IMG/VR virus record: IMGVR_UViG_3300037424_002340 | Span: 1-40,908 of that record | Strand: one strand, 5' to 3' | Source of the DNA: a virus | Lineage: Duplodnaviria > Caudoviricetes | Length of the DNA stretch: 40,908 bases | Part shown: positions 36,701 to 40,908 of the stretch, one piece after another | How positions within the stretch are numbered: the first letter of the stretch is position 1 | Layout: each line of letters opens with the position of its first letter | Made by a program: the position numbers and the translations under genes | The notes under the pieces: model-generated | Seen by the model: only the letters and a program-made list of their open reading frames with translations | What the model was told of the DNA's origin: nothing | Database searches by the model: none

Positions 36701-37730
36701 AAAACGACAACGCGCTTCCTAGCGCTGGAATTACACTGGTTGTAAGGACTGTCATCCCGGCAATGAGGGCTGGGAGAGCTAAACCTAAACCTGCTAAACT
36801 TGCCGTAATTGCAGCAAGGCCCCCCACAACCACGCCCGACCATGTAATCAAAGATTTTGTTGTATCTGATAATTGATTAAACCAACCTACCAAATTCGTC
36901 AACATGCCCAACACTTGCGTAAAAACTGGCAACAACACTTGCCCAGCCGCGACCTTTGCATTGAAAACAGCATCATTGAAGTTTTCTATTTCATTTCGTG
37001 ATCCGCCTATTACTCTCGGTAATTTTTCAAAGCCGCTCACCAAAGTTGCAATGAAACTTTCAGCCGAAAGATTCATTTTCTGAATTGCTTCAGTCGAAGC
37101 GGTCCCGAACGCTTCCATCATCACTTTCCGCACTTCGGGAACACGCTCGGCAATCTGATTAATCTCCTCTGCGGTAACCTTGCCTGCGCCAACGATTTGC
37201 GTCAATGCAAGAATAACTCCCGAAAGTTCCTCACGTCCCTTGCCAACGCGTGCAAGCGCGTTCCCAAATTCCATCAATGCCTTGTTTGCTAATTGAGCAT
37301 TGATGCCAACCGCTTGCAACCGTGTTGAACCCTGAATCGCTTCCTGGAGTCCCAGACCAGGAAGTTTAGCAATCTCGCGCAATTCCTTCATTTGGGCATT
37401 GGCTGCCTGAGCGCTCCCCGCAACCGATGCTAACCCTAATTTGAGAGATTCCATCTCAATAGCCGCGTCGAGCGATGATTTTGCTACCAACAGCACCGCC
37501 CCTGCCACAATGCCAGAGGCAACAGCAATCGTTTTCAATCCATCTGCAAACGCCCGTGCTTTTTCCGAACCTTCCTGCATTCCCTTGACATAATCAGAGA
37601 TTGCCTTTTTGGCTCCGGCAACGGAAGTTTGCATATTGCGGACCGAGTCGCCAAACGCTTTAGAAATTTTGCCAAAGCCAGCGGAAGCCCTATCGGTTAA
37701 TTTCATTAAGATGGTAACTTCTTTGTTCAT
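33720..37730 (-). CDS. Tail tape measure protein
   Basis: 1336 aa; ALTQIVGAGKVTAEEINQIAER tape-measure domain, LATNPIG hydrophobic segment, long coiled coil. Confidence 0.93.
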   Translation of the reverse strand: MNKEVTILMKLTDRASAGFGKISKAFGDSVRNMQTSVAGAKKAISDYVKGMQEGSEKARAFADGLKTIAVASGIVAGAVLLVAKSSLDAAIEMESLKLGLASVAGSAQAANAQMKELREIAKLPGLGLQEAIQGSTRLQAVGINAQLANKALMEFGNALARVGKGREELSGVILALTQIVGAGKVTAEEINQIAERVPEVRKVMMEAFGTASTEAIQKMNLSAESFIATLVSGFEKLPRVIGGSRNEIENFNDAVFNAKVAAGQVLLPVFTQVLGMLTNLVGWFNQLSDTTKSLITWSGVVVGGLAAITASLAGLGLALPALIAGMTVLTTSVIPALGSALSFLATNPIGLTITAIGLLAATLLALRADYNASIITVEKFSSSIGKLNDEMANVGQITGLAKELGELQSKTNLTQTESNRLYEVQAKLAEISPTLIRGYDEQGRALAGSKKEIIDYAAEQYKLLDIEREILVLRAKQRAGELGKQLGKEVGTLESLNKQLGDVGRQEYTVQTRFGEMSTRSRTRFISGMAEQAEKVRGLRQEYNALMGEIEQAEQQRGLRVELPPLPKIDKTIVLEEKEIAKIEKDTLDARQEARDALAKLSGDEIKILEARHLKEIEDIDKRLAAIKGSSTAEVQLRQALNQQKLAVDQVFIGERNKILEEETEKINKAIKKDAEESQKRLNEWVKNRVQASVAATKAEAEYRKQAEREAIVQLQEETKARADYWNDNAAVQQKAEEEARQYHKDTANIKIGITETYFKIQETRTAQHQKRMKELTDLGFEETVKDVMMGWKELTSDATIGTKDDIIDTLAEINRYFGSLEISIGSLKTDIGTLTDAFKELQNVAKSGNITVGEGMAIGKAWEDIWSGIAVNFNKGEQSVRSFNEEYQLLIKTHQGDAESLRKINKIYAQMMTYTAGGLVMPSKENREWWKSMVESASSAESQKRLEKIKEILLMGVDFAEALRPGLESSWNDLWQSLFDPDSVMDPLESFAETLESMIFKQLVDVFATSPELMERARQLGEYIAFALNDGIISQKEKFEIDRYRAWLTKEYQETTEKIMLAVDALDLQIRGVQKDATEDAAKSITQSAEKIVSAGEEFSKTLQSSLGTSWTNLWKSMFDPDAVIKPLEDFANTLDEMIFQQLVAVFTKSPEIIQLAQELGEYIAAAFQDGIVSELEKQRIDEYRKQLVQVYGENTEKLMTAVDMLDLQVRQSRTAQQDAIDWMEFTKVGLLGTQALDDITMRDILMKPQQEYFDQLGAGYPKTTTTATPDAESLMLRGKPPQVSDVVETRPGVTFIQNNQFSGLVNFDNPEAMRELARKLQPYTEELQENWVSG

Positions 37731-37734
37731 TCTC

Positions 37735-37991
37735 GAATTACGATGTACGAATTACGATGTACGAATTGAAAAACCCTGGTTCTCTAAAGTGTCAAACGGA
37801 CAAACATAAGAACTTTCGGAATGGGAGTTCACCAACGCCCGAAGCGGGCTTATGGTGTCAAAAGCAACAAAAAAAGTTCTTGTCGAAACGGACAAAAAAA
37901 GTTAGTGGTTATCTGCGGTGAAAAACCGCCTGTCTGTGAAACGGACAAAAATAAGTTTTTTCAATTCGTACATCGTAATTCGAGATTCGTA
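37735..37991. repeat. Degenerate nested element cluster bracketed by inverted heptamer tracts
   Basis: GAATTACGATGTACGAATTGAAAAA mirrored by TTTTTCAATTCGTACATCGTAATTC; contains family A loop and arm fragments. Confidence 0.75.
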
Positions 37992-37997
37992 CTTTCC

Positions 37998-38399
37998 TCA
38001 CCTAAATCCTCTTTTTCCTACCTGCTTCGCGTTTGCAATTCTGGATTGTTGTTGCATCTTGTTTATTGTATCCTCTTGTTGTTCGCGCTCATATTCGGTT
38101 ACCAGACCGTGAATGATTTCAAAGATTTGCATAGTGATTTCCTCCTGGTCGAGGATACCGCCTGCTGATGGCAACTGCATATCTTTAAATCGCCGACATC
38201 TGAAATAAAGAGACAGTGATTGAGTTACAAGGGATGGTGGAGTGTCATCTGATTGTTGATTGTTGATTGTTGATTGCTGATTGTCTTGTTGCTTTTGACA
38301 GAAACTTTCGGAATGGTTGTCAAAAGCAACAAAAAGATTGTTTTCCAAATCATCAATCGACAATCGACAATCGACAATCGGATGGAGGAGCTCCATCAC
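37998..38399 (-). CDS. Tail assembly chaperone (second ORF) with in-frame element insertion
   Basis: LPSAGGILDQ motif typical of the ORF before tape measure genes; 38251-38379 is repeat-derived. Confidence 0.65.
   Translation of the reverse strand: MMELLHPIVDCRLSIDDLENNLFVAFDNHSESFCQKQQDNQQSTINNQQSDDTPPSLVTQSLSLYFRCRRFKDMQLPSAGGILDQEEITMQIFEIIHGLVTEYEREQQEDTINKMQQQSRIANAKQVGKRGFR
38251..38379. mobile_element. Heptamer inverted element containing a family A hairpin (38283-38335)
   Basis: 129 bp = 43 codons; inner 53-bp hairpin flanked by GATT. Confidence 0.8.
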
Positions 38400-38407
38400 C
38401 CCTTTCC

Positions 38408-38824
38408 TCAGTCCTCTTCGGTTTCAGGCGTGAGACTATTCATTCTATTAATCTCATCAAGCAGTCGGTCGGATACCCACTGAGGCAACTCGTCGAGCAG
38501 TTTTTCTGTGAACGGTATTTCTTTTTCAGGGTCCGTGCCATCGCCAATATTGCGACATTTCTTGCAAGCTGCGAGTATCTTTTGGTACGCTGCGGTTCCA
38601 TACTCAAAAGACGAGCCCCCCTTCCGACTGATTTTGTACATCCTGTTTGTGATATCACGAAATTCACGGGTGGTAATTCTTTTGAGCCCAAAGTAGGCGG
38701 TCTCCATGGTCTCGGTAGGCGCGATGGGCTCTTTGTTATCATCTACCGGCCAGGGCGTTTGTGTTATGGCGTCAAAGTGAATGTGATACCATTCTACCGC
38801 GATATCTACTATTTTTAAAGGCAT
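38408..38824 (-). CDS. Tail assembly chaperone
   Basis: Between tube and tape measure genes; AAGGAGG RBS before MPLKIV; ORF-track extension is repeat-derived. Confidence 0.75.
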   Translation of the reverse strand: MPLKIVDIAVEWYHIHFDAITQTPWPVDDNKEPIAPTETMETAYFGLKRITTREFRDITNRMYKISRKGGSSFEYGTAAYQKILAACKKCRNIGDGTDPEKEIPFTEKLLDELPQWVSDRLLDEINRMNSLTPETEED

Positions 38825-38837
38825 AAAAAGGCCTCCT

Positions 38838-38960
38838 TTTTTGATTGTCGATTGTTGATTGTTGATTGTTGATTGGTAATTCTTTTCAATCATCAATCGC
38901 CAATCGACAATCTAAATCCAGACCAATCATCAATCGCCAATCATCAATCATCAATCTAAA
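38838..38960. repeat. Heptamer inverted element (GATTGTT)n ... (CAATCAT)n
   Basis: Same element as 6496-6580 and 17746-17830. Confidence 0.9.
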
Positions 38961-38975
38961 GAATTCGTACTTCAT

Positions 38976-39950
38976 TTATGCGTAAGTTTCCTTATTATCC
39001 AAAATTGCCGCCAGCACTCTCTCATCCGTCGCGTAATACGACGCATGAAATTCTATTGTACATATTCCGCGATTACTTGTTCCCGCAATCTCAGGGAGTG
39101 GCAGTGTTGTAATTCTCGCATTCGGAATATCCACTTGGAGACGATAATTGTTTGTCCCCATGCTACTTCCCGTCCACGTGGCTACAATATCAAGTTGTTG
39201 GTCGGCAACGAAGGCATTGAAATCGTTGACATCCTCGAATTCTCTATCAAAAGCCCCAGTGACTACTAATATTCCTTCAGGCAATCCGGCGATGTAATCA
39301 GTGCCCTCAGCGGTTATTTTATCTCTTACCAGGTTGTTGACGATGCTTACCATGAAGCGTTCGATGGTAGTATCTGCCGAAGGCGCAACGCCGTTATATC
39401 CCTTCGTGAAACCGAGATTCTTGAAAATGAATGGGTGAATACTCAAATCAGCATAATCCGCGTCTGCGGGAGCAAGAGCTGCTACAGGAGCATGTTTTTG
39501 TGCCGCCCCGTCAACCGTCAAGCGCAGAACATCCCTTGCGGTATTTTCAAAGGTTAGTGTGTCTATTTTCCCACCCGCAAGCCTAAACGTCGGCGATGCA
39601 CCTACCGCTCTATCAAGCGAGATTGACCACGATGGCAGCGAACTCGCTGGTACAATCGTATGTCGTTTTTCAGTGTCAACAAGCGTAACACTTGACAAAC
39701 TTCCCAGTGCAGCTTCTAAAACTTCGCCAATACTTTCTGGATGCGCCCACATTTCCCAGTTGAAGGCATAATCCAATCCCGTCTTAATATCCCGATATTG
39801 CCATCGCGTCCCGCGCGCCTCCTCAGAGACCACTCTTGCCGCGGTAATCTCGGCATTCCCTCGTTGACACTCAATGTATCTTGTTGGCGCAACCGCCGTT
39901 CCATAAACGGTCTCTTTGCCCAACCCCATTTGACCTTGCCATGCAATCAT
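38976..39950 (-). CDS. Tail tube (major tail) protein
   Basis: GLGKETVYGTAVAPT N-terminus, LPSWSI, GGKIDTLTF, NNL motifs; position in the tail module. Confidence 0.88.
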   Translation of the reverse strand: MIAWQGQMGLGKETVYGTAVAPTRYIECQRGNAEITAARVVSEEARGTRWQYRDIKTGLDYAFNWEMWAHPESIGEVLEAALGSLSSVTLVDTEKRHTIVPASSLPSWSISLDRAVGASPTFRLAGGKIDTLTFENTARDVLRLTVDGAAQKHAPVAALAPADADYADLSIHPFIFKNLGFTKGYNGVAPSADTTIERFMVSIVNNLVRDKITAEGTDYIAGLPEGILVVTGAFDREFEDVNDFNAFVADQQLDIVATWTGSSMGTNNYRLQVDIPNARITTLPLPEIAGTSNRGICTIEFHASYYATDERVLAAILDNKETYA

Positions 39951-40585
39951 TTATTTTCCTCCTTTCGGATAAATTCATCTACATATTCACACAAGAGATG
40001 CAACAATATCAAGTGCATCTCCTGAACAATCGCGGTATTTTTCTCAGGAACACCAATCCAGAAATCGACTAACTCCCTTAACTTTCCACCATCTTGATTT
40101 GTGAACCCTATCGTAATTATTCGTCTATCCTTGGCGGTTTTCGCCGCTCTTATGCAATTTGGGGAATTGCCACTTGTGCTGAGAATAATTAGAATATCAC
40201 CATTCCAACCGAGCGCCTCGAGTTGTCGCGAAAAAATATTCTCATAACTATAATCGTTGCTAACCGCCGTTAGAATAGGGGCGTCGGTTGTAAGCGCAAT
40301 CGCTGGGAGAGCCTCGCGGTCATCTTTGAAACGGCAAACAAATTCGGCGGCGATGTGCTGAGCTTGAGACGCACTGCCACCATTTCCACAAAGCAATAAT
40401 TTAGTTTTTTGCTTGGGGCAGGTAACTGAATTGGCAATCAGAAAGCAAATTTCATCAAACCTACCCATCAAATCTATATTTTTCAATATTCTTTCCAAAC
40501 AATCTAAACGATTTTCCAACTTCACCCTAAAGGCCGATACTGATTGCTTCGGAAGCCTCGCAACGCTCTCTTCCACGATACTCAT
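39947..40585 (-). CDS. gmhA: D-sedoheptulose 7-phosphate isomerase
   Basis: CGNGGSASQAQHIAAEF, LPAIALTTD, SNDYSY..FSRQ, STSGNSPN, QEMH; ATGA-coupled at both ends. Confidence 0.95.
   Translation of the reverse strand: MSIVEESVARLPKQSVSAFRVKLENRLDCLERILKNIDLMGRFDEICFLIANSVTCPKQKTKLLLCGNGGSASQAQHIAAEFVCRFKDDREALPAIALTTDAPILTAVSNDYSYENIFSRQLEALGWNGDILIILSTSGNSPNCIRAAKTAKDRRIITIGFTNQDGGKLRELVDFWIGVPEKNTAIVQEMHLILLHLLCEYVDEFIRKEENK
40527..40576 (-). mobile_element. 50-bp family B element in-frame at the GmhA N-terminus
   Basis: Identical to 8955-9004. Confidence 0.85.
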
Positions 40586-40908
40586 GCCCCCCCCCATCTA
40601 ACATTTGAAATCAACTTGATTAAAATGGTATAAGTCAACTTGCTTTCGTCAATGCCAAAAGGATTTATTGCCCCATATTCTATCGTACCATCATGGTTTG
40701 TATCATCAACTGTATCATCCCAGGTAAAATTATTATCAATTATCGGCTTCAAGTCCTCCCAGATATTGCAAACTTTTTCAAAGCTCTCAGTCAAATTCCC
40801 AGTGCTATGACTGACGGCAATAAACCATCTATATCTTTCACCAAAACCAGATGGCGCGGGTAATCCATCTACCCGCGCTGCCCGACGATGCTGGCGTTCC
40901 TCATTATC
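40582..40908 (-). CDS. Putative tail completion/terminator protein (5' end off-window)
   Basis: Frame is open to the window edge (DNEERQHRR..RYRWFIAVSHS..); position upstream of the tail tube. Confidence 0.55.
   Translation of the reverse strand, partial: DNEERQHRRAARVDGLPAPSGFGERYRWFIAVSHSTGNLTESFEKVCNIWEDLKPIIDNNFTWDDTVDDTNHDGTIEYGAINPFGIDESKLTYTILIKLISNVRWGGA

Noticed and set aside
38395-38430. Programmed -1 frameshift between the tail chaperones
   Set aside because: No XXXYYYZ slippery heptamer visible before the stop
1-40908. Integrase, att sites, lysis genes, tRNA/rRNA, transposase
   Set aside because: No supporting motifs recognised in the window, so lifestyle and the element mobiliser cannot be determined here

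Overview
Most of a long-tailed dsDNA phage or prophage genome, almost all on the minus strand. The window starts and ends inside the structural operon. Reading right to left: tail completion gene (partial), gmhA, tail tube, chaperones, tape measure, tail-tip and propeller proteins, hldA; a short plus-strand module behind a symmetric double promoter; RHH-like regulator, primase, iteron-like origin, accessory enzymes, gmhB, ParB-methyltransferase, TerS, TerL, DHH phosphoesterase, portal-MuF fusion, protease/scaffold, decoration protein, major capsid, and a LamG plus beta-propeller gene running off the left edge (missed by the ORF track). No integrase, lysis cassette, reverse transcriptase, transposase or CRISPR array is visible. 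Three things stand out. (1) Three heptose-biosynthesis enzymes (GmhA, HldA, GmhB) are dispersed among virion and packaging genes. (2) The genome carries several nested families of small palindromic elements. One has fixed ends and loop, stems that differ between copies yet stay paired, 4-bp flanking duplications and 54/57-bp unit lengths, and elements sit in-frame in the protease, portal, primase, GmhA and a tail chaperone. (3) A beta-propeller is built of near-identical 42-aa blades with hypervariable positions. All family calls come from motifs recognised by eye; no searches were run.
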